DNA from: the human T2T-CHM13v2.0 reference genome, Homo sapiens
Length of the DNA stretch: 64,000 nucleotides
Strand: one strand, 5' to 3'
Assembly (NCBI RefSeq): GCF_009914755.1
Contig: NC_060932.1
Position 1 is the first letter of the stretch, and every line of letters begins with the position of its first letter. The notes beneath the pieces are model-generated. The model was not told where the DNA came from and searched no databases. It saw only the letters and a program-made list of their open reading frames with translations. Below are positions 36,675 through 54,399 of the stretch, in pieces. A program made the translations under genes and the position numbers.

Positions 36675-36860
36675 CAATGGCTTTCAAAGTGTAGTCTCTA
36701 GGCCAGTAATATCAATGTCTCCTAGGAATTTGTTAAAAATGTCAGTTCTGAGGCCTTACCCCAGACACACTGAATCAGAAACTGTTAGGTTAGAAAAACC
36801 AATAATCTGTTTTAACAAGCCCTTTGGGTGGTGGTAATAAACACTAAAGTTTGCAAAAGA
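36675..36860. mobile_element. MER5A (hAT-Charlie) MITE
   Basis: ctttcaaagtgtagtc...ccccagacacactgaatcagaaact...ttttaacaagccc...ctaaagtttg. Confidence 0.75.
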
Positions 36861-38294
36861 CTTACAGAAAAATGGAAAAGATAATAACATGATGAGAAAT
36901 GTATGTTGGTTACAATATATATCATTTGCTTTAGGGGAAAACAGTATATTAGATTGATTGGCATTTATTGTTTACAAAGTGAGCAGGGTAGGTAGAGGTT
37001 TGGGATAAGTGGGAAGCAGGGGTATATAGTAAACAAGAAAACAAATCACCAGAGTAATGTACATGTAGTTTTAATTCTGGATCTCACTTTACTTGAATAA
37101 GTCATATCTCCTATCTCCTCTTTGAGACCTAATTTATCATTTATAAATAATGATGATAATATTATTTGTATTGAAATCTGTTTTAAGGATTAAATGAAAT
37201 AGAATTTATACTCCACTCCACCCCAGGATGACACTCAAGTTTTAAATAAATTATAGGCATGATGACTAAATTGGAGACATAAGTAAGAATTAGTTTCCGA
37301 AGGGTCTCAAATGGCAGGATATGGTATTTAGAAGAATAGTAGTAATTCTAATTATGAGGCTGGCACTGCCATTTTACATTTGAGTGGATAAAAACTGTAC
37401 TAACTTGTGGCAGTAAGCCTGGGGAAAAAAGTCATTTCCTCAAAACAATCACAAGAAAAAAATCAACAAGATTTATTGGATGATTAGAGGTGGAGGATGA
37501 GATAAGGGATATTTAGGGTCTGCCACTTTGTACTTCTCCAGCAATTGCAGTCTGAGAAGGCTCAATCACAGTTTTAGGACTTATCACTCAGATCCTTTTT
37601 TCTGCCTTCCCCTTAATTCCTACCCCCTCTTGAGCGGACAATAAGAAGCTAAGCTTAAGATGATATAATTTGATACCAAGATTCCATTTGAAACTTCAGA
37701 CTCTGAATTCCACCATTTTTCATATTGTTATTATTACCCAGAACTATACTAGGCCAGAAATACTAAATTCCAAAATTCTTTATCTGACAACAACCTTTTT
37801 TCTTTATGTTATCTCATGCTGTGTCTTCCATGAACCCTCACCTTTGCCTCTAGAAGATCTCTTATCCCTGGATGCCCCATTTTCTCTAGGCTGTTACATG
37901 GATTGATTCCAAGAAGCACCATTTGCATTTTATTCCTTAAAACCAGAGTCCCCTGACTTGTGCTCCAGAGCACGCCTTTCACATTCTTTCTGAAGTTGTG
38001 CAAAATGGTGGTACAGGTTTTGATTTTTCAGTATGGGCTAGATTATGTTATATACAGTTTGCAGTTCTATTCTTCAGTCAAACCAGTTCTACAAAATCCA
38101 TCATCTCTATCAATCCAGCAATCCTTCTTAAGGTTAGAACCCAGTTAATAGTGTCACTTGTCACTAATAAATTTTCCCTTCATTCACTTCACCACCAAAA
38201 CTGGCAATTTTACCTTCTAAATCCTTTTCAAAGTATCGTCTTCCTTTTTTCTCCAGTTTACATCCAGTTTTACTCCCCAATATCTTTTCCATAG

Positions 38295-38482
38295 GCTTTG
38301 GTTCTCACTTTAGCAGACATCACAATCACCAAAAGGACTTTATGAAAACAGTGATAGCTGAGTACCCCCCTCCAGAGTTTCGTACTCAGTGGATCTGGGG
38401 TAGGTCCATGAATCTATATTTCCAACAAGTTCCCAGGTGAAACTGCTGCTGCCGGTTAGGCGCTACACTTTGAGAACTACAC
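38295..38482. mobile_element. MER5A MITE, opposite orientation to the 36675 copy
   Basis: ccagagtttc...tctggggtagg...aacaagttcccaggtga..ctgctg...cacactttgagaac-like end. Confidence 0.75.
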
Positions 38483-41400
38483 AATAGACAATTATAATAA
38501 TCTTCTAATTTGTCTCCATTTCTCACTTCATGATCCACTATATTTATTTTCTGCCTTAAAGTCAGAGTGATCTATGCAACACGAAAGTTTGACCTTATTA
38601 TTCACCCATTAGGATAAAGTTACATTGAGCTAACATGACAAAGGCCTCCATAACTGAGAATCTATCTAGCATCATCATTAACAGCTTACTTTACTCAAAT
38701 TCTGTTCAATTAACATTGAACTTTTGTATCCTGAAATGCATGCATATTTTCATGCTATTCCTACTGCATGGAATGCCTCTCCCAACTTTCCTTTCCTAGC
38801 TCTTACACTAAAAGAATTAGCTCAGCCATCATCTGTAGAAACCCTTCCCTGCAGCAAGAAATTAGAAAAACCATCTCTGTTAGAAATGTTAGCCTTTCTA
38901 GGCCGGAGACTGTGTGTACTCATCCTTGTGCACCTTGAGCTTAAAAATGTGATTTGAAAATGTTGGAGCAATGGAAGGAATGGGGACAAAATAATATAAA
39001 ATTACTTGATTACTTAACTTTAGAATATTTAACGTCTATCAGTTCTTAAAATGCAGTGATATCATCTCTATACTTTAGATAATGTAAGGTTAGATCATTC
39101 TGTTTTTTTCTTTGAAGGGTATATTTGGGTTATTTCATCAAACCTTTATATTGGTCAGGTATAAGAAATATGTTGGACTACATACACTTTGTTTTTACTT
39201 GTAAGACATTTTTCTTCAATCCTGTAAGCTTTTCAAAATCATTATAACAACTGCTTTAAATATTAACCAAATATTATAGAATTAAAATAAAATCTGTTTT
39301 AATATTTTTCTGTGTATCACCAACACATCTAATAAGATTTTTGTCAAATTCACAAATACTTATACCTAATATCTAATAAATATTTATAGATTTAATAATT
39401 GGTTAAATTGTTTATCCAGAACTTGTTATAGTCAAATCAACAAAATTTTCTCTAAATATCAGTGCATTAATAAATAATTTTGTCAGTGATGAACCCACTT
39501 AATAGTGTATTTTAAATAGTTCTTTATCCTTTCCCAATTTGATATATCCTTCTGACTGAACAACTTCCAACATGCATAGTATAATTTGCTTATTTGTAGA
39601 AAAATAGGCAACAACATTCTAAAAATTTATATTATCAAATTCAAAAAATTCTTGGAAAAATAACTTATGTACAATTTTTTCACCAATATTTACGAATAAA
39701 AAGTATTATTTGTATATCAAACATTGCAATAATTAATATTGAAAGTTTTTATAACAAGAATTAAAAACAATCCATATCAAATTTTAATTGCAACCAATGT
39801 TTAAATAAAAATCACTTTAAATTGATTTAAAGTACCATGTTGTGTATAAATGCATTATAGAATTTTAAGACATGTTTAATCAGTAAACATCACTTATGTT
39901 CTTTAACACCTTATTCTCCTATTTTAAATGTTATATCTTAGTTCCTAAATCATAAAATTTATATAGCAAATAATATAATAGACATTTTGTATACATTTTG
40001 AACATTCTCAGTAAGCTCTATTTTCCCTTCCATGAGATTTCATGGCAAATAACACTTGGCATGCTAGAATTTTCATCAATGCATTTATTTGAATCTGACT
40101 TCTAATATCACATGTTTGTTTAACTGGAGTATCCAGCATGGGTCTTAAGAACTTTCAAAATTTATTTATTATTAAGGTCTCAAAAACGTATATGCTTCTT
40201 TTGCAATATATATTTTTAAAAATAAATTTACGTTTTTCATTATGTATTTATACAAAACATTTTACTCAAGAAAAATTGAGGTAGCTTCTAATAAAAGATA
40301 TATGTAAATTAAAATAAATAAAATTGACACAGAAAGGCAAGATCATAAAAAATGAAGGTATAACAGATGTGCTTCAGATGCAAGTAATTTATGCTGACTG
40401 AGCATTAACTTTGGTCCTAGGCTTCCTGGTTCAAGAAAAGTTTAATTATTATTATTTATATTCAAAACAAGAAGATTTTAATTGAAAGTAATTTTTTTTT
40501 ACTTTCAGAATTCATGCCACTGTATTTATCATTTAAGGTAATAAAACACTATGAAACATATATTTACCTCATTCAATATACTAAGATACTAATTTCAATT
40601 ACAAACTGAAAATCATATATAATCACTATGGTTAGTTTGGTAGGGTTAAATATTTTATGGTTAAATATCTTGAGGCTAAATATCTAAAGAGCCGGATTAA
40701 AAACTTTTCATATTTATAATAACTTTATGTAACAAGCCCTAAATCCAAATAATGTACTTTCCATTGCCCAGAGCTCAGTTTAACAAGTGATACAGCAGTG
40801 TGTATGTGTGCTTGTCATTTACTCCATGGTTAATCCTGATGTTGCATCAATTATTTTGACAGCTATTCTCTTCACTATCAATTTTTAGTAAAATTATTCC
40901 AATTTACAATATTTTAATACAAAGACAAATTATGTTGAATACTTTTTTCAATGATAGAGTTTTCATCATCTCTAGCAATGAGTAATATATTTTGTATGTT
41001 AATAATTATTGATGTCCCAAAATCTACTATATAAATCTATAAAGAAAAAGAGAGTGAACAAATGAACACATTAAAGAGAAAATTAAGAAAATGATCTGAG
41101 TGCCTCTGTAGTTCATAACTTTCTCTTGCTCTTCCCAAAAATGGGCTTCCTAACAGCTGTGATTTTGCGTCATAACTCACTACCGGCCACCTAATGAAAC
41201 CAACATAAATACGAAAGTTGGGACATTCTGATTCTCCTTGGAAATCTGGAATTGAGATTGAGATGATCACTTTCTGTATGTAGCTGAGATGTAAATAGAA
41301 ATGATTCACTCTTGGCCATATGGCCAATCTGCGGAGAGAAAATATGAAGTAGATAAACAGAAAGTAGTATAAAAAACTGAGTACTTGAAGCCAGTACCTA

Positions 41401-41656
41401 CACTCTGGGTTTGATGAGTCTCACATGGATTCTTTCTTTGGGAGTCTGGACATACCTGCACAGTAATGCCTTTAGGCTTTAAGTAGCTCCAAACAGTTTT
41501 TTTGTTACTTGCAAGCAATCGTTTTTCTCAATGGCTCAAGATGCCTTTTGCATATAAAACCATATTCATTTGGAATTCATCAATAAATTAGTATTAATTA
41601 GAATTATATAACTATTTATTGTGTTAGATCTATACAGATTTAGTTAACAGATTTAG

Positions 41657-41658
41657 TA

Positions 41659-41702
<44 letters not shown>
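41657..41702 (+). repeat. (TG)n(TA)n microsatellite
   Basis: Visible run. Confidence 0.9.
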
Positions 41703-41703
<1 letters not shown>

Positions 41704-43241
41704 TCATACCTGCCATATGCATGTAAGAAAGCCAATCTCCCTAATGTAAGACACAAAATACATTTAATTTTAATAGATAGTTATATAATTGTATATAAGT
41801 AGACTTTACCATATTTGGAATCTAGTCTATTTATATTTATTCATATAGAATATAATGATTTAATACCTGTTTATTACCCCAAATAACATAAATTCAGGGT
41901 TAGGTTAACTTTGTTACAGCATTTTTCAATGATTATAATAGAATCCTTAGAAAGCAGAGTTAGTGATTCTCTTCATTTTGTTGGATGACTGTTTTAAACT
42001 CCACGTTAATCATTCTCATTTCCAATATCTCAAATAATATTTACTAAAAAAACTCATATTCTTTAGAAAATCAGCCTGATTTAGTACACCGACACTAACA
42101 TCACAATTTTGTATTCTGTTAGAATATGTCACCAACTTGATCTGCGAACAAAGCAAGTCACATTCTGTTTCAGTTTCTTTGTACATATGATGAGGACTAG
42201 TGCTGTGCAGCTAGTTGCCCATTTTTCAGGATTTAGATCAATTGATAAAACCTTTTATGGAGATATTAATCTAAAGTTCTCTAAAAACACCAATATAATG
42301 GAGACAGACTCATTTTTACACTTTTGTATTATCTGGAACAGGACTGAAGGAAATCAGAAGAATTGGAAATGCTATCAAATCAATGTTCATACTGTGCCTG
42401 AACTGTAGATAAATGGAAACTATTTTTAATAACAAAATATGGCCCTTTAGATGAGCCCTTCCTTTAGAAATGGATGGTCTTCAGGTTCACGCTGAATTTC
42501 ACACAGAATAGCACAATTTACAAAACCCGGCAACACAGGGCAATTGGGTAATGTGTAAATTGGCTACTTCTGTTTGGAATCAGTATGCACTTTGGCTCCC
42601 CTTGGATCTTTTGTAACTGAAAAGTTGCTGAATCTCTACCTAAAATCTAAATTGGAAAAAGAGAGAACAAGAAAGTCAGCCACACATGACTGGGCATGCC
42701 AAAGAATTCTAATGTAACAATTCAACTATGTGTTGTATAGCAACAGGTTCTGGTTATTTTTCAGCAATTTCCCACCATTTTAAACACTGACAGCAAGGTC
42801 ATATATACAATTAGTGCTTTATTGAATAACCCGCATTTTTATATATTTGCTGTTTGTCTCAGAAGTCTCTCCTTTAAACTCTTTTATCTTTACTTTTCTT
42901 CACTGTCCCCATATCTTCCTGTAGAGTTTACTCATTTACTCCCTCACTCTTACTGTCTTATATATAACTCTCTAATGCTTATGGATTTTTCCTATGCTCA
43001 CTGCTATTTTTTGCTTTTTGTTTTAATTTATTTTTATGTTCCAGTTAGGAAATTTTATTAAAAAAATTTTTTTTTCTAATTTCCTTTACTTCCACTCTTT
43101 TGCTGTCTGTTACCCTTTTTATGTGTTTATAAATGCAGATAGAACATGACTTTTTGTTATGTCAACAAGATTATATGCATATGAACCAAAGACGCATTCT
43201 GACCTAGTATGATGCTAAATGGACATAGCTAAAGTACCCAC

Positions 43242-43315
43242 TTGAAATCCGAATGTATTGTTCTGAGATCCATGCCGAGGCACACCTGGGTTTTCACAAG
43301 AGGTTTGGGTAGGCT
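43242..43315 (-). CDS. CSMD3: CSMD3 coding exon (probably exon 63), N-terminal part of a split Sushi domain
   Basis: 74 nt, phase 1/0, tttag|AG...CAA|gtgggt. EPTQTSCENPGVPRHGSQNNTFGFQ. Confidence 0.93.
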
Positions 43316-44231
43316 CTAAAATGAAGATTAAAAAGATATTAGTCCTTTAAAATTTACAATAGATATAGTTCTCTCACAGAAAACAATTTTAAATAATCTG
43401 GGGTTTGGTACAAAGGATCTAGGAAATAATAAATAATGTAAATGTAATAACATCTCTCCATGGACAGAAGCCTGTTAATCTTGAAGCAAGAAAGTCAGGT
43501 AGACTCCATTTGATATGAATTATGAAATTCTTGAACTTTGAACCCTTCCGATATAAAAGCACTTGACATTCAACTAGCTCTGTGGATGTAAAATTAAGGA
43601 AAGATAAAGGATATGAAAGCAGTGTACATGCATATAACATTTGTCCAAAGACCTTGCTAAACTATGATTTGGGGTAGGGTAATATTTCTTTGAAGAAATA
43701 ACAGTTTTTTCCCAGAAACAGGACTTGATAATTTGGATTTTACTGACACCCATAGGATATTCAGGCATAATAATGGTAGGTAGATGTGTCGGTTTATTTG
43801 AATGACAGATTATTTGGTTAGTTTACCAAATATGGCATTAATTTTAGGATTACAGAAATATAGTTACAATCATTTTGAAATCAATATAACTTTTAGATAT
43901 TTTTGGAGCAAATCTAATTTCATATGAAGATTCTTTATTAACTATAAAAATCTAAGTAAAATGTTAGTACTTAATAATGTCACTACCTGAAAGTATTTTT
44001 ATTTTTCATTTTACTGATATACAACAAAATTCTTTCAAGTGTTTCTTCTGGAAGTTTAAAGTGCTAAAATTAATGTTGTATTTTCTACCAATATTCATTT
44101 CCAGTGCCTTCTAATTGCTTCTATATTTTACACTTGTTTTTATATTAAGCCAACTATAGGTTATAGGATAAAGAAAACCATTAAATGTCACCCCTATTAA
44201 TTACACAGTTACTGTGCATAATCAGCCTTTA

Positions 44232-44438
<207 letters not shown>

Positions 44439-46109
44439 TTATATCAAAGATTTAGTATACAGCAGAGTACACAGTTTGGAAAAATGGTGACAATCAATTT
44501 GAATATTGTACTAAAGAGATATATTATTCATGATAAAGCTATCCCAATGAAAAAATTTATTTTTTAGCTTATGTGCAGATAAATACTGAATTGAAAACTC
44601 AGTATAATATTTAAAAATTAGCTCGATTTCGATGTTTTCCACTTAGTAAGCTACCTTAATAAAGAAAGAATTTTTGTACTTTTGTCGTTTTGTATTGACC
44701 AAAATCAAACCACATATTTGGACTTGTTGGCTGCCAAGGTGGAGTATAGCCTTGAAAAAGTAGGTGACTCATAGGTGTCCCTGTCAAAAAGAAGCAACCC
44801 ATAATGTTCCAGGCTGCACGCTACAGATTGCAGTGCCCTTTTACATGTATATAAAAAGCTCTGGTTATTTGTTTTATTGTACCCTGTATACTTTGAATAC
44901 TCGAAGCACATATCCCAGAAACTTATTGCCTTCCTCTCCAAAATACTGTCGGTATTTTTAAAGCATTTTTTAAAAGAAAAGAAGGCCATCAGAATCTAAA
45001 TCTACGCAAAACTATGGAATGTCAATGTTCTACAACAAGCACTGGAAAGATCAACGTGACAGGCTTTCTAAAAATTTTGATTAGATTATTCCATTCAACT
45101 TACATTTATTAATTACTAAAGAAAAACATTATTCTAGGTGGTTTGGGGCACTTGAACATGTCAGTAAACAAATACTGTAGGAAATCTGCTTTTATAGGGT
45201 TTATGCATTTGTGAGGGAAGTGAACAAACAATAAACATAATTAGCAAGTTTAAGAAAAGGTAGTATGTGAAAAAGTGGTAAGTCCCGTGGGAAAAAAAAA
45301 ATCATTCAGACAAAAGAGATCAAGCCTGTATGTATGTGTGGTGGTGTGTGTTAGGAGGTGGGAGAAGATCTTAAATAAGGTGGCAAAGGTGTCTCTCACT
45401 GAGAAAAGATTCAGGGAAACAAAATACTTAGCCATGATGAAGTCCTAAGGAAGGGCATTCTAGGTAGAGTAAACAGCACTGCCAAAGCCTTCTGCTGGGG
45501 CATGGCTAGCTTTCTAGAGGAAGATTAGGAGGCCTGTGTGGCTGGAGCAGAGTGAGCATGAAGAAGTGTAATGGGGAATGAAAGCAAATGATTTCAAATA
45601 TATCAGACAACACAGGCAAATGCACCTTTATCAAATGCTTTCAATGTTTTTATTGTGGCAAAGAAAATACATAACATATAATTTATAAATTTAACGATTT
45701 TCAAATGTACTCGATTTTCAAATGTTCAGATTAAGCACCTGAAAGCTTACTTCCCTCTGAAGCAAACAAACAGCAACAACAAAATGGTTTTAAGTATAAA
45801 TGTTGCCTTAGGAGGATTATAGGTTGGGTGTCCATAAAATGCATCATCCAAACTGAGAAACTTTTGAGAGTGAAAGGGGATCCTAAATGTACAAGAGATC
45901 GACCACAACAATGGGAATAAACTTGGCATGCCCGAGCCATCTGGAACGCATGTATACCTTAATTATAGACTACCATAATCTTGGCCTTAATGTCCAAATA
46001 AAACCTTCCCTGAAATTCAAGACTACACGATAAACTTGGATTTTTAAACCTCCTTTTAGTAGCATTTAAAACTTTTAAAAAATAATTAAAATGAAAAGTA
46101 ATCATTAAC

Positions 46110-48593
<2,484 letters not shown>

Positions 48594-49784
48594 ATTAAAA
48601 TGAAATCGGAAACCAGAGTAAAGTAACACAAGTATAATAATAGCACAAAAAACATTGGTTTACTGTGTTTAAATTTTCACTATCTCTTGGATATTGTAAA
48701 ACTTTGGGCTAGTTGACATTCAAGTCCTTCTGGCAATGCTGTATAATATCAAACCCAAAAGCCAGGGACACTGTCTTATTAATCTTTGTATATTCAGTAC
48801 ATTTTGAATTAATACATGCTTCCCAGTGAACATCATCAATGGGCACTTCAGCTGAAGCAATTGTTTCTATAACTAACTTATTGCCTAACCTACTTCTGAA
48901 GTGTTCCTCTTATGCATATTCAAATAAAGGAGGGAGACTTAACCACCTAAACTCCTCAATCCCCCAGTACCCTCTCTGTGTGTCATTCCATCTATTTCTA
49001 TCCGTGAATTTTCATGTATAAACCAAACAACCTATTGATATCAGGTTTAGAGACTTAAGACACAGAATTTCTTGTCAAATGGCTTTAATTCATAAAGACA
49101 TAAACTTTTAAGATGAGAAAACATACTTTAAGCAAAATTAAAGAGAAAAAAGCATTCCTCTTTATAAAGTCCCTAACATTAATGGATTTGCATACCCAAT
49201 GGATAAGGCCATCATTTCTTAAGTATACCTTCTCTGAACTTCAATCCATACTCTGCCATTTTCTAGCGGTATGACCTTAGGCCTTATGACAATGTAGCTG
49301 CTTCCCTAAATGATGGCAGAGTAACACTGTGCCCTTGCAATTTGATTTTCCCTTCTGAGTTTAAGTGTCATTGTCTATTAAAATGTCATGACTAATCCTA
49401 CGTACCCAGGAGCTCTATTATGTGTAGTAGAAATGATATACGTAAAGCAACTGAGACAAAGATAGCGTTATTACATTTGAAATGTAAATACATATTTTAT
49501 TACTATTTGTATTTCAATAGAACCAAAAACAAAACACCATATCAAGATAACTTCTTGATTGTAATTTTTTTTTCAGTTATATCAAACAAACAAGCAAACC
49601 TGCCATATACTCATCTTTGTAAAACCTACTTGACCCTATCTGTCCTGGAGAAGACCTGGAGTATCTAGTACTATTCAGAACATAGTGATGTTTGCTAAGA
49701 TGACCTCCTCCATGAGTCAGAATTTTAAGGGCGAATTACGTGACAAAAACATTGAGGCACTGGAACAGACTTCCTCCAAAATTA

Positions 49785-49945
49785 GAGACTCAGGTAGAAG
49801 GGTGGGAGGAGTAGTGAGGGATGAGAAATTACTTAATGAGAACAGTATATACTATTTGGGTGATAGTTACACTAAAAGCCTGGACTTCTCCACTACTCAA
49901 TATATCTATGGAATAAAACTACACTTGTACCCCTTAAATTTATAA
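49785..49945 (+). mobile_element. L1MA-type 3' end fragment
   Basis: ggatgagaaattacttaatg...gttacactaaaagcc..gacttc..cactac..aatatatc...cacttgtacccc. Confidence 0.75.
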
Positions 49946-50199
49946 AGTTATTTTTAAAAATCATATTACAGTACCTAGAAGGAGCTCCTTTGGATGTTAT
50001 ATGAACTGCAGTCTAGACCACTACTGTAATAATAAGTTAGTTTTATCTCTCATGCTCAATCTAACTTGTTAATATCTCTCTGAAGCAAATGTACTATTAG
50101 TGACCTGATGAGCAAGCAAAATAGCCATATGCATGCCCAGTATTTGCCATCACTTAATAGGAAGCTTCTCAAGTAAATAATGCCAAAGTGCACCTAATA

Positions 50200-51360
50200 G
50201 TTTGTCTTCAGTTAGTCATCATAATTCTATGTCTATAAAATATATATTTATTTTATACTAACATATATCTGTTTCATTTTTAAAATAGGTCTATAAAATA
50301 CATAACTTGCATTAAATTATAAAATGACTATCCATGAACCTAACACTCAACTTTAACAATTGATAATTGCCAATACTGTTGCAAATCTTTGTAGGCATCA
50401 CCCAGAAAGCATCCCTTTTCTTAGGCCCAGGGTAGCATACTTTGTGTCATCCTAAATTCTGGGTTTCTCATTTCTATACATTTATTGGTAATTTACATTC
50501 ACGTGTATGCATGTGTGTGTGTGTGTGCATATGGCATATATGTATGTGTGTGTGTGTAAATATAGGCACTATTATTTTACTGCTAAAAAGAATGCTGACA
50601 ACAATATTCTTGAACATGTCTCCTCGTGCACATATATGAAAATTCCAGTAGGGCATATACTTAAAAATAAAATTTCTTGGCAATAGACTCTGCAAGTCTT
50701 TAACTTTACTAAATAATACCAACTAGTTTTGCAAGTGGCTGTGTCAATTTACCCACCCATCATGAGTCTATAGAAGTTTATGGTACTCCATATCCTCACT
50801 AATACTTGATATTGTGTAATATTTTTTTCAATCTCCTGAGAGGAAATAGCTGTCCAGGTATTTTGACCATTTTTCTTGTATTGCCTTTTTTATTTTAGAA
50901 AAAAAAATACATATATATATTCTAAATATTGTCATTGTTTTCACACATATTGATTACATTGTACAAGTCTGTGATTGGTCTCTGATAATGAGAAATTTTC
51001 ATATTTTAACATAGCTGATATTTTTTCACTTTTTCATTTGTGGGTTATACCATTTGAATCTTGCTTAAGAAATTCCTTCTAAACCTGAGGTCATTTAGAT
51101 AGATTCTAAATGTTTAAAACTTTTATATTTAAATCTCTGATAAATCTAGCACTGATTTATTTGTTGTGGGTGTGTGTATGTGTGTGAACTAATTGCCTTG
51201 CAGACTTAATTAAAATGTCCATTCTTTCCCTACTGACTTGTTCTATAATATATCACATATGTATAAATGGTTCTGTGTTCTCCATAACATTGTTTTACTT
51301 TCTATACCTACATCAATACCATACTGTTTTAATTACTATAGCAATATAGTTTTTATATCT
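50200..51360 (-). mobile_element. Old L1M (L1ME-like) fragments
   Basis: Antisense L1 3' motifs: aatgctg..aacaatattcttgaacatgtc, aagtggctgtgtcaatttac, caataccatactgttttaattactatagc. Confidence 0.6.
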
Positions 51361-51364
51361 GCCA

Positions 51365-51880
51365 AGGACTATGCTATATTCCAGGGACAGAGCAGTGAAT
51401 AAAACAAAAAAAATTCTCTGCTTTCAGGGAGTATACATTTGAGTAGAGGACATAGTTCAAATAAACAAGATAAGTAAAATGTATAGTATGTCTTAGGAAA
51501 AAATCAGAAGTGAAAGGGAAGTGTTAAGGAGAATAAATAAAGCCTGGAAGGGAAGTGTTATATGTCAGTGATGAAATTCAAATAAGGTGACCAGAGAAGG
51601 CAATACTGAAAAAAGAAATTTTTTGTAAAAAGCTGAAGGAATAAAAGGAAATTTCCAGGTAAAGTGAATAGTGAACATAAAAGCCCTCTTGCAAAAGCAC
51701 AGCTGAGTGCTCAAAGAAAAGTAAGAAGGCCTGTGTTTCTGGAGCAGAGTGGATGAAGGGGTGAGTAGTAAGATATGATGAAATCAGAGGAATACAAGAA
51801 AAAAAGTCCTATGAGCATGTAGGGGATTTAGTTTCCACTTTGAATGAGGTGAGAAAACCCTGGAGGGTCCTAAGCAACTG
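51365..51880. mobile_element. L2 fragment
   Basis: gcagtgaataaaac...ctgctttcagggagtatacatt...ggtgaccagagaaggc...ggcctgtgtttctggagcagagtg. A similar fragment lies at about 45100-45590. Confidence 0.7.
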
Positions 51881-52627
51881 AGACAGTTAGCTCTGCATAA
51901 TGTCAAGGTCATGAGACAGGTAGAGTCCTCCTCTATCCCATGCTGGGAAAGGAAAAAGAACTAGGAACAGGATAATGCTAGACAACTCTCTGAATGACTA
52001 TACTGTCCAGATAATGTTCTAGAATCATTTATGTAAAACTGCAAGAGGAGTTTGTTTTGTTTTGTGTTCTTCCAAATTAATCTTGAAGTAACACTTGCTA
52101 GGTATATAGTATACAGCAACCTCTGTAAAAAAAAAAAAAAAAAGGCAAAACAAACAAACAAGAAACCCTTTTATCTCTATGCTTACCCTGGTAATTTTAG
52201 ATGTAAAATCCCAATCATTATCATGACAAATGCCATCATAAGAACTTTATTTGAATAAACATGTAGAAGTGACATGGATTTATTGCCGAAAAAGATTTGG
52301 GAACAAATTTCAGAGTATTCGGCTAAGACAAAAAGGACATAAATAAAAATAATTTTCCAGCAGTAGAATAAATTTAAGGCTGTCTCTAATTTGAGAAATA
52401 ATTTTGAAAAATTAGAAAAGTTTATAAACTAAAACCGTTTAGTGTAAAATTTTGAATCAGAGAAGGAGAAACATAATGACTTAATTACATGAAAAGTAGC
52501 TACATTGGTAAATACTGATTTTTCTTTGAACCCTAATTAGGCATTGAAGGAAGCTTAACAATCTCATATTTGGTCTAGAAAAATTTGAAAATTTTAAGTA
52601 ACAGTTGTTAGTAGAAATCATACTTAC

Positions 52628-52801
52628 GTAAGCACTGCGGTACTTCACCACTCCAGGTACCATTCCCTACACAGGTCAAAACAGCAGGGAAGGATAGCTC
52701 ATAGCCTGGAGAACAGATGTAGCTAATACTAAAGCCCCAGTCGAAATTTGTTCCTTCCAGCCTTCCATTAGAGATCTGGGGAGGAGTTGGGCAGGTAACA
52801 G
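52628..52801 (-). CDS. CSMD3: CSMD3 coding exon (probably exon 61), Sushi domain
   Basis: 174 nt, phase 1/1, cag|CT...TTAC|gtaagt. [57 protein letters not shown]. Not in the ORF track; read by hand. Confidence 0.96.
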
Positions 52802-54399
52802 CTGCAATTACATTAAAAGTGATTAGACACAGCTGTTGAAATATCCTGAGCCTTAAAGATATAAATAAATATCATTAGAAGAAGCACATGTGCTAATTTA
52901 ACCTTTTCGAGGACAATATGTTGTGACATATCTTATTCTCCTGGTAGTGTTCCTGAGTCATTCCTGGAATTAATCCCTGCAGGATGCAACTTTTTCTTGG
53001 CAACATAATGGCTACTGGTTGTCAGAGATTCTCTTACAAAATAGCAAGCTGCCTGACATCTCAGAGAAGGCAAACAGAGGGTGACCTTCAATCTAGTATA
53101 CTGTAAGTGATAAATTATTGGTTTTATATAAAATTATTTTCCAATGACCTTTAGACAGACAAGACTTGGGTTGTTTAACTATATATAGTATCAGCATCTT
53201 AATCATGGAATTTGAAAGTAGTTCTGTGACATTTTTGAAAACACAGGTCATATGTCTGAGTATAATATCCAAGTTAGTTCCCTTAACCACTTAGATTCAT
53301 ATGTTAAACCTTATTATTATAGGGTTTATAAATGCATTTTTAATTTTTTTAAAAAATGTATTTTGTTTAAATTGTTTTCAGTTATCTTTAAGCAAAGACA
53401 GGTTGGATAAGATAGAGATGAAAGGATGAGGAAGGGTATCAACTTCAAAATCTAAACATGAGGAATGACTGTATTATGAGAACTAAAAACATATCTGAAT
53501 AGCTTTTTACAGTTGAGTAATATCTAATTCATATCAGTATGAATTAATAAGTGTATAGAATAACATCTAAAACATAAAATGTCTGCTCATGTATTTTCAT
53601 TTACTAACTGTATATTTATAGTGATCTGATACAGAAGCTTAATAATCAAGAAGGAAAGACAAACACATTGAAATTATTAATTTTGTTAGATTATAAGTCA
53701 GTAAGATATTAAACTATTAATTCACATTTAAATAGAAACGTAAACGAAAAATCTTAAATATTAAAAATCTAATTATTATAAAACAATTTGTCTGACATTG
53801 CATGTACAGTATTCTACAAGTAATCATAAAAATTGGCCAAAAAATTTATAAAAATATTTCCAGTGGAAAAACAAACAGCATAAAGTAGCAAATTTATGGC
53901 TGTATTGACTAACAGGTTAATTCTAGATTGTATTATATGAAAAACAAGTTTTTCCCATTATTTAAGAAAAATTACGGTTCTATAATTCAGGCCGGCTCTT
54001 CCCAAATTATAGAAAGAATTTTTCCCCACCCTTGAATTACTTGACCCAAGTGGATCAGCAAATTACAGTTATAATTCATCAAGGTTATATTCTTTTGAAA
54101 ATATTCATCAATTTATATAAATAACAATGGTGAATATGGACATAATATTTTACTTATTTTTGTTACATTAAAGCTTATTGTCATTACTCACAATAAGATA
54201 TAATGTTTTTGTCAAAATATTATTTTAAATTCTATATATTAAAATAAAATTTTTAAGAAACAGCCATTTTTAGTACTAGAAAAATAAATGCAACCTGGAA
54301 CTAAAAAATTTTATTTAAGTATACTTTAAATTTGTATATAAAAATAAGAAAATATGTACTGGTTACCATTTTTAAATGTTGAAGAAATCATTATCATAC

